DNA of 64,000 nucleotides from the NCBI GenBank assembly GCA_000708835.1, contig DF236991.1:1-64000 (forward strand), in the 5' to 3' direction. The DNA is from Klebsormidium nitens. Lineage: Eukaryota; Plantae; Klebsormidiophyceae. Positions 22,101 through 34,480 of this stretch are shown in pieces (the first letter of the stretch is position 1; each line of letters begins with the position of its first letter). Made by a program: the position numbers and the translations under genes. Under the pieces are notes generated by a model. The model searched no databases. It was not told the DNA's origin and saw only the letters and a list, made by a program, of their open reading frames with translations.

Positions 22101-23049
22101 TCAAAGGTAAACGTTTGCTCTCGAACACCTCCACCGAAGGTGATCAGTGGCTATCAAAATAAAGAAAAAGTTCACGAGAAGGCGACGTCGGAAAGAACTC
22201 TGATCTTGAGTGCGTTTTCTGAGAGGAATTTGGGTTCCGTCTTCAAGAGCTCCGAGAATAAGGGTTTGAGATCGCCCACTTCTGAGAAAGCTTGTCAACT
22301 CTTGCTTCCTGCTTCCACTAGGAGAAAAACCCATTGCGACCTTGCCAATTACTCGTCAGCAATCTTGGCGCCATGGCGAGATGGACTTAGAAACCCTATG
22401 GAAAGGCGGGTTGAAACGTGCCCCCTCTGGTGGCCGTGTATTCGAAGCAAGAAGCCAAGAATGGCGCCTCTCATTAGGCAGCGCTCAGAATCTGAAGCGG
22501 AAGGCCTTGAATATGTTTGAGAGACCAACACTCAATTTGGAAGCTCGTATTACAGATCCCATAGGTCTCTGCAAACAATCATGGCCCGATTGCGCAGATT
22601 GCTACCAAGCTTGGGCGCCCCGATTGGGACCTGCTGTTTTTGACCGCGCGGAAACGGCACGCAAACACAAGGATCGGTACGTCGCAACGTACATTCTCAA
22701 AAGAACTTGACAGAGAAAGATGTCCGTAAATTAATTGCCTGGGTCCGAGACTTCCAGTAGAGTTCTTTACGAAAGGGTTCTGCTGATATGCCATGCGGAA
22801 TCTTTCCAAGGCACGGGCGGGCTGTCGGTCGGCGGAAAAAGCAAGCACAGAATATGCGCCAGAAGTAACATGGGTCACCCATTGCCTAAGATCTGACGGG
22901 CCACCGATTCAATATTCTTTGAACGTTTTCCTTGCACTGCAGGCGTGTTTTACTGCGGCCCCCGATCTCTGAACTCTACGCTCTCGCGCCTGTGCTGCAA
23001 GCATACGGCCGCAAGCACCGGTTTTGAATTCTTCAAGGAGAACTATTGA
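16152..23049 (+). CDS. RBOH: NADPH oxidase (RBOH/NOX-like). Exons 16152-17413, 17759-17918, 18326-18576, 18984-19113, 19473-19574, 19943-20058, 20380-20485, 20860-21120, 21467-21682, 21972-22106, an unresolved exon near 22800, and about 22943-23049
   Basis: Ferric-reductase TM domain (ARGAGEALKLNLALILLPVSR) with heme His pairs (FHE..LLH, WYSH..ILHG), FAD motifs PGQYVFINCP and HPFSLTS, NADPH motifs DGPY and GAGIGVTPF, C-terminal VFYCG...FKENY*. Confidence 0.9.
17015..17240 (+). repeat. Coding ~39-nt (13-aa) degenerate repeat in the oxidase N-terminus
   Basis: GAEPLVVVQSERN / GAEQSAVMEVEGN / EVEQSAVKVPERN / VAEL... / EAEPTT...; gagcggaac recurs. Confidence 0.75.
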
Positions 23050-23759
23050 CCGCCCTCAATGAAAACCTGATGGTCTCAGTTGTCACCTGCCGCTCTAGTT
23101 TCTGGTACTGGGACATTTCCGTTGAAGTTTTCAAGAGAGCTTCGCCTTGATAGGAGCCCAATCCAAATAATCATGCCTGTAGCAAAGGGTAAGAGATACT
23201 CGTATACCGTGGTGGCACGCTTTTAGGCGGACTGGCAAAATTAGTTGTACAGTTAGTAGCGGTGAGGCATTCGAGCGCAGAACATACAAGCGGCTCAGGG
23301 AGCTTCCGAGCAGTTTGTATTAACGCCCTTATCTGACAGTTTACACGTATCCATACTTCTAGGATGTTGAGAATCTTATCAGCACGACTTTTGGCATCGT
23401 CCTAAGGAATTTGCATACCTCATTTCACTCCCTGAAAATTTCTGACGTCTTGGCAAATGTCACAAGAGACACACTGCCGCGCACGCGGCTCCTTCCGCTC
23501 GTATTCCGCTCACATTCCGCTCTGCTCGTGCTGCTTGACAACATGAGTTGCCGCTCTTATCACAATGGTCAAAGAGGTTGTGAGAGGCATGATCGCTGCG
23601 CATAACAGGATGCGAATGAGTGTGGATGCTAACGAAGAGCGCACATGTAGAAGTTTGGGCCGTACAAGACTCAGCTTGCTGTAACAAAACAGCCTAGATT
23701 GAACAAAATAAGCACTTAGCAAAAAGCCGCTTAGAGGGGCCAAAGCAAAAGTCAACGGG

Positions 23760-23848
23760 GTCGGTGGCCGGTGTCGAACCCGGGACCAGTGGGTCCCGAT
23801 GTGCGTTCGCCAGCATGCTGCATAACGAGTAGAGGTTGCTACACCGAC
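23760..23848 (-). ncRNA. tRNA-like structured element, copy B
   Basis: GTCGGTGTAGCAAC start identical to copy A, CGGGACC/GGTCCCG hairpin, GGTTCGACACC, CACCGAC end, TTTT about 9 nt downstream. Confidence 0.5.
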
Positions 23849-25561
23849 GCCTGAGGAGGTCGCTCTTAACATTGTAAAGTTTGTACCTACCTGTGGTAAC
23901 GTCACCTTTGACAACAAGCCTCTACTCGATTCGTGATAACGTCACCAAGTTCACACGTCATCTGTCACCTTCCAACACGTCATTCAGACTACTCAGAGCA
24001 ACGGCCACTGAGCGCAAAGCACCGCGAAGCAACAGAGCCAGCGTTTGACCTGATCTGTTCAAAATCCTGAATCTCTCCAGAAAAGGCTGCAGAAAAACTT
24101 GCGAAGCCTGCGAAGTTTGGTAAGGGTGAACAACAGCATTTGCGATGCTGCTTGCTGGTAGGCCAAATACTCGCCGATCGCAGAATCCAGCAGGAGATGA
24201 GCAAAAACAAAAGCTTCAAAAACGTGCAGCTCTCTCTAAAGCAAGAGCCTTCAGCCAAAAGCTTTCTACGCGCAAATCTGGCCGTGAAAGGAGACCCAAG
24301 ATGATTACTTAGCACTTTGATGAAGACTAAAGTAAGACCGGAGCCGCGAAAGCAAGAGATCAGCCAGTACATGAAAAATCCGCGTAAGACTCATACTGAC
24401 TCTAGTGCTTGCATGGAGTTTGTTAAAAAGAACGGCCGATTAAACAAAAACTTTTCCTTCTTGCGTCGAAAGTAAGTCGGAAACAGCCCAGCCGCGCACG
24501 CGCGCACTTTCGTATAATGCGAGTCAGGAGCCTCACGTCGTTAGCACCTTGGCCAGCAAGCTAACCAGGCCGCTAACCCGCCGCTATGTTGACGAGGGGC
24601 ATGTACCAGCCTCAGGCTCTGGTCAACGCGGGTTGACCAGTCTGATTGAGAGCCGCTTGCACCAGACCAGCCTCGTTCTATAAACCCTGGTTGGGGCGTC
24701 ACTGAGTCAGCCGTACACAATACATATTATTGGATGCATGCGCAAAGTTCAATCTCCTGGCCCACATAACTAGCTAGGGCACTGCTGCATACGAATGCGC
24801 AAACGAGGGTAATCTATTCACTTGGCTATACACCGGTTCCTTTGGAAAGGACGCTGCCAGTGACTCATGTCTGCCAGAAATGCTCAATCCCGGCGCGGCT
24901 CGACGGACGAGGACTACAGTCTCAGTGCACGTGCCCATTGAGAATGGGTTCCATGCATCATTGAACAGGCTGGTTTTGAGCCCGGCCTGACTTTGATCGT
25001 TTAGGACGCCCAAGAGATTTCGATGTACTGCTCAGTGTACGGACGGTTTATGGTAGCATTTACCAGTGCAAAACTATACTTGATATCGGGCCTAGCAGTA
25101 GAGTCATCATTCCATTAGTGCATATGACGTACCAAGCTTCCCAGACATCATTTAGCCAACCAATATCTACACGCGAATCCTTACAATATCAGACGGTCAA
25201 CAATGCCATATAGGATATTATTCGGATGTCACGATCCATGACATACCACGCAGTTTGTGTTGTATTCAGAAGATTAGGGCGAGTTGCTGGTGCGGTCCAA
25301 TTCCAGTCACTGGCCAGAGCCAGGGCTTTCTCTAGCTTTCAGTGCGCCTTCGCATGCATTTGAGGCAGCCGGACGTAACACTATCGCCGCGGTAATCAAA
25401 ATGATGAGTCCACGTGAGGAGGAAAGAGCGTCGATCACTGGCGTTTGAAGTTTAGAACCTTGCGAACCTGATCTGCGAAGATGCATGTACTCCTTCGATT
25501 GAAACAGCTTTCTGGAATCCTTTATAACAGGTCTATGTTCTTCTACGATGTTCAGCGTCTG

Positions 25562-28500
25562 TCACTTCACATCAAGTTGACGAGCTTGCAGCTCCCTAAG
25601 CAGCTCAATGTCCCTATTCAGGTCCTCGACCGTTTCTAGCCGTCCGATCTGCGCGGCTATCCCTGCCGCTGCCGCCAAGTCCCGCATGGCGTCATCATAT
25701 TTTTTCTGGTGCCCAAACACCATACCTCGCCGACTGAGCAGCTTGAGGCACGCTTGGCTGTCAGCGACATTTGCGGTCGGTACTGCGAGTAAAGGTGTGC
25801 ACGGTCAACGAGCGCATTTGGTGCGGGCTGAGAAAAGTGAGCAAATTTTGAGGGAAAACATTGACGGCATACTTCAACTGGCGAGCTTCGAATGTTTTGA
25901 CGCTTCAAGTGCGGACTGAGCGTCCACCGTTCTGAAAGAGTATCAGAACCGCAGGCAAGCAGCAGATCCAACACGGGAGCAATTCTTCAGTAGGCATTTA
26001 TATTAAGCCGGCAGTCCACTTCAGTATTTGTGAGGACAGTTGGTAAGGTCCCAATGCGTTCAGGCCGGGCCGACATCTAGATTTTTGTTGAGGAGCAAAC
26101 GAAGCACGATTCACGGTGCTCTAATAGGGAAATTAATTGCCAACGGAAGTCTAGCAGACGCGCTCGTGAGTAGGCGACTCATGCTGACCCAAATCCAGCT
26201 CCCGAGAAGAACTTGACAACACCCAGAACACTTCTAGAGCATGCAACGGGAAAGGTATTGAAAAGACACTGGTGCGTAAGGCAAGCTCACCGTCAGTTGG
26301 AGGCGTGACGTCAGCCACTGGCGAGTAACCCAGCAGCGCGAGCGCTCGCGAGCAGTCCGCCTCCGCCTCGGCGAACCGCTCGAGCTGGAGGTAGCACGCC
26401 GACCGGTTGGAAACGCACGCTCTAGTTACTGCCGCGTCCTGACCCTGAAGGCGGGAAAATGTCGACATCACCCTTTCGAATCCTATCGTAGCAGTAATGA
26501 TTCGGCAGCGAAGAGAAGTGACATTCATCTCCGACTCGGCACAGTGAGTACGATCTGAATGGTGGGGAAGAGACACATCTGATCTGAAAAGGTAACCTTG
26601 AAGCGAAAGGTGGAGTAGATGCAAATCCGTTCAGTTGAACTGCACGTAAAAACCGGGTGCCTGTCTGAACCCTTGAATTCAAACGCATCTGCCTCGCTGG
26701 TAAGGAAAGCCTAACGCTTTGGGGTCCGCAGTTTCAAATATGTAACAAAGTCCTTGCACCCGACGGGGTTTCAGGCCTGCATAACGATACCACGACCTTC
26801 AGGGGACGGTTGGATTGGGGGGCTCCTGGCAGCCTCAACTGGCTTGTCACAGCGATTCAGCAGATCTCCCGCTGAGCAACATAAAGCTCCAGCAGCATAA
26901 ATGCGGACTGAAAACCCAGGGCAAGTAACGTTCTTGTACTAAGCCGAATCATAGTCTACTACCTTTCGAAAGCACCTCCACCTCCACCTCCCATTTTCGC
27001 GGCCTCCTTCAGTAAGCAATCCCATAGAGTCCAACTCAAGAGGCACATCTAACCGTTGAGCTATAAGTCTCACCTCGCAATCGACGGCCCGCGTGTAAGC
27101 CTCCGCCGCCCCTTCGATCTCTCCCTCCCGGTACCGGACATCGCCTCGCGCCTTCCATTCCGACTGCGTCGGCGGATTTACACAGTCTCTCAACGCCTCC
27201 AAATCTCTCTCTATGCCCCGGTTGCCAGGATCCAGTCTAAGCGCGCTCTCGTAGTCTGAGATTGCTTCTGCGAGGAGGGCTTTTTCGCACCGAGCCGCGG
27301 CCCGCCTGACGAGCGCCTTGACCAGCGCGGTGCGAAGGCGCTTCTTTTCGCTTGGCCGCTTCGGGCGCCCTGCGGGTTTTCCGTCCCCGTTCTGTCCGTT
27401 CCCTTCGGAATCCGCTTGTTCTGATACAGGCGGAAGCTCCGTACTAACCAAGGACCCCTTCTCTTCTATTCGGGAGGAAGGATAGGCAGTCTCCTTTGAT
27501 GGATTAGGACCCGGACTGTTTGTAGAAGCTCCGTCTTCGTTCACAGCCCGAGTTACCAAACCGTCTTCCTGATCGCGTTCCTCATTTTGCTCAGTCAGCA
27601 CAACTTCGCTTCCCTGCGAATCGCTTCCGTCAGACTCTTTCCCGTCTAGCTTCCCCAACGCATTCGTCCTTTCAGTTGTTTCTTCTGAGCCCGTAGAACC
27701 GGGAGCTTCCGGACCATCCGACTTCCTACCCGCCTGATCCTGACCGTCCATCTTGCCATTCATCTTATCTCGACCGTCCGATTCACCCGCCGCTCCATCC
27801 TGGCCGTCCGTTTCGTCCTCGCACTCCTCCAGCTGCTGCCGCAGCAGATCGACGGCTCTCGTGCAATCGGACACGCATTCGTCCACGCGACCGAGGCGCA
27901 GCTGGCAGGCGCCCCGGTTGGAGAAGCACAGCGAGGCGGAAGGGTCCTTCTCGAGTGCCCGGGAGTAGGCCGAAACAGCACCTGCAGAGATACTAGGATG
28001 ACGTCAGACGGGCCGAAGCACACTGATGACGTTGGTGCCATAAAAGGTTGCAATTTGCGGCACCGAACGGGAAAAGCACAGCGTGGCGGAGGGGTGTTTG
28101 TCGAGTGCCCGGAAGTAGGCGAAAATGGCACCTGCAGAGTTCTAAGATGACGTCAGACGGAACGGAAAATCGAGTTACGTATGTGCAAATGAGATTCAGC
28201 GAGTGGCGCCCCGGTTGGAGAAGCACAGCGCGGCGGAGGGGTCTTTCTCAAGTGCCCGGGAGCAAGCCGAAACAGCCCCTGCAGGGACATCGAAATGACG
28301 GCAGGCGCGACGTCAGCTGACGGTCAGCTTGATGTACTGATTGTTCGTGAGCGCAGCTGGCAGGCGCCCCGGTTGGAGAAGCACAGCGCGGCGTAAGGAT
28401 CTTCTTCAAGTGCCCAGGAGCAAGCGGAGTTAGCCCCTGCAGGGGCAGCGAATGACGTCAGGCACGACGTCAGCTGACGTCAGCTTGATGCACTTATTGC

Positions 28501-31500
28501 TCGTGAGCGCAGCAGGCAGGCGCCCCGGTTAGGGAAACGACATGGTCCTTCTCGTGCGCCCAGGACAATGCTCAATCTACCCCTGGAGCGGGAAAGCTTG
28601 TGTCGCCAGACGGAATTAAGCAACGTGATGAAGTAGCACGGAAAGTGTGCGGTACAGGCGCCCCGGTTGGATATGCGCGAAGAGCTTGATCACAAGATCT
28701 CTGCAAACACAGAAGGCGGCGCCTGCCTAAGAATATTGTGACGTCACGACGTCGTCGGAAGCAAGTTAAAGGACGAATGCGCACGTGTGAAAGTGCTGAG
28801 GCAAGACTTCCAAAACGAAGGGAGGAGCTGGATTGCAGAGTTCTGTTGACCACTATCTCCAATACCATAGCACCAGAGCATTTTCAGCAAGCAGGCCCTT
28901 TTTGAAACAAGGCCCTCCAACTAATCTGCCCGTCCTTGTTCTCCTGTCAAAGAGCACGAGTTTTCTAAGCCCGATCCGGAACTTCGGTCATCCTTTCGGT
29001 TGGTGAGGTGACCGATTTCAAGTTCGTGATCTACTTTGTACATTACTAGTAAGCAGAACCTCAAAAGAGTAAGATTAAAAGACCAACTTTATGAAAACTA
29101 GACCAAACACAAGCGGAAGCCAACCTTGGAAGTCGCCCGCCCTGTAGAGCGCGTCCCCTTTGTCCTTGAGGAATGCGGGCTGCCGCTCCGAGATGTCCAT
29201 CGCGTCGTCGTCCGCGGCTGCGGCTTGCGCCTGCGAGATACCGTAATGTTGTTTGATCTCGGCACCTTCGACCCCGAAAAGTCGATTGTGAAACTTTCTT
29301 TCCTTTCGGCAGACCTAGAATTACCTGCTGAATTATACTGTTATCGACCATCATCGCTCGAAGATATGCGGATTCCGGCAGAGCAGATGTTTACGTACTT
29401 TGTTTTTGGCCGAAGTCGAATAGCAGTACGGTGGTTTAGAATTTGAGGTCTTCGGGTTCGCATCGACCGACAAGAGCGGGAGCGCCTCTTCCGTACGTTC
29501 TGCAAAACCAATGCAATCGCTTTGATTTGATCAGCGGACTTCTGACGACGAAACTTAGTACGTTTTTGCTGGTAAGAAAGTTATGATTGGTGCGCTTATT
29601 AAAAAATCGGAGTTTGGCTGGACCCCAGCTAAATCTGAGTCAGTGGAATAACTTGGAAGAAAAATGTCCCCAAAAAAGTAGTCTAAAGCAAACGGACAGC
29701 TGGGCCCAGGGAATCTGCAGAGCGGGGGACCTTGCCAAGCAGCGATGTCTCCCTCCACTTGAAATAGCAGTTTCAGTCGCTTTTCCAAGGCAATCGAAAA
29801 TGTCTTTCCGAATGGCTTAAGGGAGTTGCCCTCGTACACGTTTTGTTCCGAACATCTGACCAGTCGCTACTTTCACTAGAAAACGATGGTCATTGACCAT
29901 CTTTCACATCCTTTGAAGCTGGCTGCCACGACTTCCTGTAGCTGCCAGAGTTGTTTAAGAGAGCACAAAGCCCAGCAACAACACGAACCCAGCCTAGGCT
30001 TTCTTCTTGCCTGGCGAACTGAGCCTTCTTACGAACACGTTTGACACCCGTTCAGCTTTCAGCGGTTCGGTGAGCGAAAGAAGCATTAAACATTAAAGTA
30101 AAGCGAAACCTCTCACCTTCTTCAACTCAATCTCCTGGAGCCGACTTTCTCTCGCCGGCACATTTGGCCGCAGCTCCTTTGCCGTAAATTGCACCGGAAC
30201 CACCATTCTCCTCCTCGGAGGGGGGAGCGCCGCAGCAGGGACGGCCTCAGCAACCTTCCCCCTCTTTTGACTTCTGTCCCTATCGGAAGCCGCCGGTTTC
30301 GACGTTTCTAGCTGCTGTTGGTTTTCTTTGTCCCCTTCGGAGCCACCTTCTTGGATGTCCGGCTCTTGGATGGGAGCTTCTTTTCCGGACGTGGGCGGCT
30401 GCAACCGTCGGGAGCTTCTAGCGACCAACGGGCTCTCGTCGTTTGCCTCCTCGCTTTCAGATAGCAGGTTGCCGAACCCTGGGTTAGCGGCCTGCTTAAC
30501 CACGGTCGGGATCGGCCCGTCCTTGCTGAAGTCTTGGTTAGCGGCCTTGTTAAGCAGGATTGGAATCGCCAGCTTCTCAGAAGCCTCTATCGGCGGCAGT
30601 TTAGATTTCCTTTCTTCACTGGCCCGGTTTACGAGCCCTCTGACTTCTTCTTCGTCTGATTCGCTTAGCTCCTCAATTGCAGCCCTCCCCTTGTTTGCGG
30701 GGATGTACCGATCCTCCCCGTCTGACAAAGCGTCCGCATCCATATCGTCCAACACAGGTTCCATTCTACCGTCCGATCGAACCCCATCTCTGTCCTGGCC
30801 AGACAACCTCTGGCCGTTGAGCGTGTTTTCCGACTCTGAGCCGGTTTTTGTAGTGTTCGTCTGCCACTGAAGCAGGTCCTCCTGTGCGCTCTTCAGCTCC
30901 TCTGCCTTTCTCTTTTCCAAAGTCTGCCGTTTCGCCTCTTCCAACGCCCACTGCTTTTCCAGTGCGAGCTTGTTGGTCCGCTCCTGCAAAAGAAGCGTTG
31001 CAGGAAAAGGGTAAGAACCAGTACCCGCTGTCCCCTTCTGAGGCAAATGTTAATCTGCCAGAAGTGGCCCTTCTGGCTGGCTAACAGTATTTTCATTTGG
31101 GTTTCATTGCTCACAAGGAATCCCTTAAGAGGTCAACGACTTGAAGCGTCGACCGTACACTCGTGAACCGTATACAACCGATCAGCTCTCTGTGCGAATC
31201 AGAACGAGCATCTAGGTTCCTGGGATGCTTTCTGCCATGCGGATTCAGAGTTTGGTGGGCCCTGCTCAGATCCCCCAAATCGAAATATGCAGGGGAGTAT
31301 TGATAGTATTGTATTATATTAAAGTGTAGACGGAACCCCAGGGCACATGCCGCCTTCCCTGAGACGCACGGGCGCAAGCGACCCGTCATCTTATGGTGCC
31401 TTATGATTCTGGCTTGGGCCGCTCCAGCGCCCCTGGGCGGAGGGCATGTGCACTGAAAATTCCCTGGAGGGGCGATATACCTCCTGTTCTGCGCCTTCTC

Positions 31501-32815
31501 TGCGCCCCTGAGTAATTCATTTTTAACGACCGTGTTCTGATTGCAGCCTTTCTCATTCATCACTAGCAAGCTCCAGCTCTTTTGGTTATCACACCGCCGC
31601 CAAGTTCTTTAAACCAGGCTTCCCAGTTTCAGACCAACAAAGAAAGAGCAGCGTCTCTCACCTTGAGCAGCCTTGCATCTTCTTTCTGCTTCCCCGCCGC
31701 CTCCCGGGATGATTCCAGTGATTTCTGTCGCCGCTCAAGAAGCTCCTGCTTCTCTCCCACTGCAGTCAGACGGCCCCAGAGGCCGTTTGCTGCCTTGTGG
31801 AGAGTGAAAACCACTCCCGACTGATTCACCTCCGCAGTGCTCCGCTTGGCATCGGCCTCGCCATACAGGTCAATCTGCAGAGAGTGTTGTTTTCGATGAC
31901 TGATAGGGTCAAAAAAGCTAAGAGTGGGCATGTGAAAGTAGAATGTTACATGCTGGCAATAGTTGAAGCAAAAGCTTTCATGTATCAACTTTAAGACTCA
32001 CAAATAGCGATTCAAGAACATGCTCCCAAGCCCATCTGCTTGCAGTAGCAAGTTGTGTGTCTTCTTCTATGTTGCTCGAATCTTGAGAGCTCCCCGGCGA
32101 CAGGTGCGTCAAGCCATGGAGTAGATAAGCTGACATTTGAGAATAAAGTGAAATCTAGTTGGCTTTCATGCCAGCTGCAGTGGTCATGAAAGTTTATTGC
32201 AGAATATGTTAAGGAAGGTGGAGCTTAGCTGCTGGAGGCAGGAGGCACTGACAACATGGACCCCCAGCTCTAATATGCAGAACCACTGCCCCATGTGGGA
32301 ATATACTATGAGCTCAATACACGTTGAGCATGCGGCCGTAAGCAAGCTCAGAACACTTTATCACAAAGCCAAAACAAGTCCAGGAACAAAGCCAGAATCT
32401 GAATAATACCCCCTGATATTCAAGGTAGAACACTGACCTGAAAACCACACCAGCTGGACGAAAGCACAGCACCTCAATTCAACCCTAACCCTAACACTGA
32501 AGTAGAGATCTTGAACTGTCAGCAAAATCAAAACAGTTTCTTCAGTTTTGCTCAACGTACACGCTAAAGCGCTCAAGTCAAGGAGCTTGCTTTGATATTC
32601 AGCTGCACTAAGTTGAGGACAGCCATTAAATTGCTTTCATTTTTTGAAGGGAGGCTTAAGAGGCCCACCTGCAGCAGATACGGGGAGCTGTTGACCTTCA
32701 AAAAGCACTCGGTGGATGCAATAGCGACCTGGCTGCGGGTGGTGTTACGCAAGGCCACTTCAACAGTGACCTCATCCTCCGTTTCCTTCCACGTATAGGC
32801 TGGAGTGATTGGCAT
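25562..32815 (-). CDS. DNAAF4: Dynein axonemal assembly factor 4 (DYX1C1-like; CS domain, coiled coil, TPRs), ~871 aa, 7 exons (32815-32669, 31874-31662, 30983-30117, 29230-29125, 27981-27074, 26444-26291, 25782-25562)
   Basis: N-terminal CS domain MPITPAYTW.ETEDEVTV...FLKVNSSPYLLQIDLY, charged coil, LPPPR..VQFT motif, PARES, ERQPAFLKDKGDALY..TPR, LCFSNRGAC. All intron phases match. Confidence 0.85.
28040..28700 (-). repeat. Intronic array of ~150-bp degenerate copies of the DNAAF4 exon 5 acceptor and exon start
   Basis: ctgcag|g acceptors at 28131, 28278 and 28436 versus the true one at 27981, each followed by GAVSAYSRALEKDP-like codons. Fainter copies near 28505-28575 and 28655-28680. Confidence 0.85.
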
Positions 32816-34480
32816 CTTTGCAGGCTTCAGCTGATGTGCATCCAAGGCCTCTATCAGTGAAAGCTTGAACGAAATTCAGATCTTAAGTGCTTGAGGTTCG
32901 ATTGTGTAGACCGCTATCTCATCGTGGGCGACCTTGGCTGAAATGTACCGGAAGCTGCAGCATCGGAAAGTGCACAGGCTGCACAGCTAGAAAGAGGACG
33001 CCACCACGTGGAATCCTGTTCGCTTCCTTGATGTTGCACAAGAAGACCTAGGACCTGCCTAGGACCTACAGTACCGTAGACGGTAGGACTAGTTAGCTGC
33101 ATTGCATTCAAGCATTCTGAAAGGTGGTTCAAGTTCCTCCTTGTTCAATTGCTTGCCAGCTTCGCAGTTTCGATACAGTCACCAGCACGTTTCGGTGTCG
33201 AATTTGAGAAGTGCACATCCAACGGCGCCGGAACGACGCTAAGGTGGTTCGAGACCGATGCTTGCCAACCGTTCTGAATATCGTCGAAGATCGATCAGCA
33301 CCAATTTCTATCGCCGCTCGTTTGCTCGAAACCCTCAAAACCCCCAGCGGGCGCGGGCCCGCTAAAGCGGCCGGCGTCGCGCCCCCGTCGCTTCCAAAGC
33401 TCGCCCGCGCGCTACTGCGTGATCGTCGTTCACATGAACTGGACGTGTACTTCGCTATGTGCAGCTGCTTCCAAAGCAGTACGGTATAATGAGCATGCAT
33501 GACTCTGTACCTTCCATGCAGTTCACTTCATGCAACATATATGGACAATCGCAGTGCAGATTCAATGGCCGCGCATGTGCGTATTGAATTATAAAGCTCA
33601 GGTTGTGATGCCGGACTAGGGGCGGCCACTCTTCCGGGAAGCTGAAGTTTCGGCCCCAAAACTTGGCAAAACATAGCGTACCTATAGTTGGAAGGGAGCC
33701 GCGTCGATCCGATTGAAGGTCATGGAACTTGGGCCGAGCTACTTAAGTTAAGTGACGGCGGTTATATAGGTGAAGGGGGTCAGAAAAAGCGGCCCGGTCA
33801 TACTTAAGATACTAGAAAATTATGGGTCACCGTCATACCATCGGGCCAACGGAGGCGGGGAGGCACCGTCATATAGTACCATTGGGCCAACGGAGGCGGG
33901 CCTCCCGGGGTCCTTACACTTTGATAAGTACTGTCCCACATTTCAAGCTTGTCCGACAATTATACATGGGAAACGTGCATAATAACTAGAAATGGCTTTA
34001 CGGTTTTCAGTATTTCCAGGGGGGAGTCTTGCCAAACTGCGCCTTCTCCCTTTCACGAAGAGGGGTCGAAGAATGGCCCACGCCGTTCCAGATAAGGGTG
34101 CCCGAAAAGGCTGGCGCGATTTTAGCATAGGGTTCCGAAAGTGGATGAGCAGACGCGCCTATTCCACCTTTCCAGGGGAGTGCCAGGCCGCCCCTCCGTT
34201 GCGATCGAAGAAAATCGTGCACACCGTCACGGCAGTCAGATGCCATGGTGTGGTAACAAGGCAGTGCCATGATAGAAGGGTAGCAAAGACAGAAAGAAAT
34301 TGTAGCTGCAGGCTTAACTGAACTGTCAACTTTATGATAGCCGCACTCATCGTTGATTGTCCGGTTGATCCACTCGGGCTGAGAACATAATTGAACATGA
34401 GAAATGATTGACCCAATTAAGACTTCGACAGGATCCCTGATCGCATCAAAACGCCGCGCGTTCAGTTCGATAACCACGTC

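Noticed and set aside
23760-23848. Functional tRNA gene
   Set aside because: The T-stem pairs only 3 of 5, and there is no pairing anticodon arm or A-box; kept only as a tRNA-like element.
28040-28700. Repeat-spacer-like array resembling CRISPR
   Set aside because: The units are degenerate copies of a host exon junction, with no conserved 25-45 nt repeat, no unique spacers and no cas genes; the context is eukaryotic.
32481-32495. aaccctaaccctaac as an interstitial telomere
   Set aside because: About two units only; expected by chance.
33211-33489. 92-aa ORF upstream of DNAAF4
   Set aside because: GC-rich promoter-proximal sequence, no splice context, no recognisable motif.
33826-33905. ~35-nt direct repeat pair (caccgtcata...gggccaacggaggcggg)
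   Set aside because: Only two copies with no TSD or TIR context; an ordinary local duplication.
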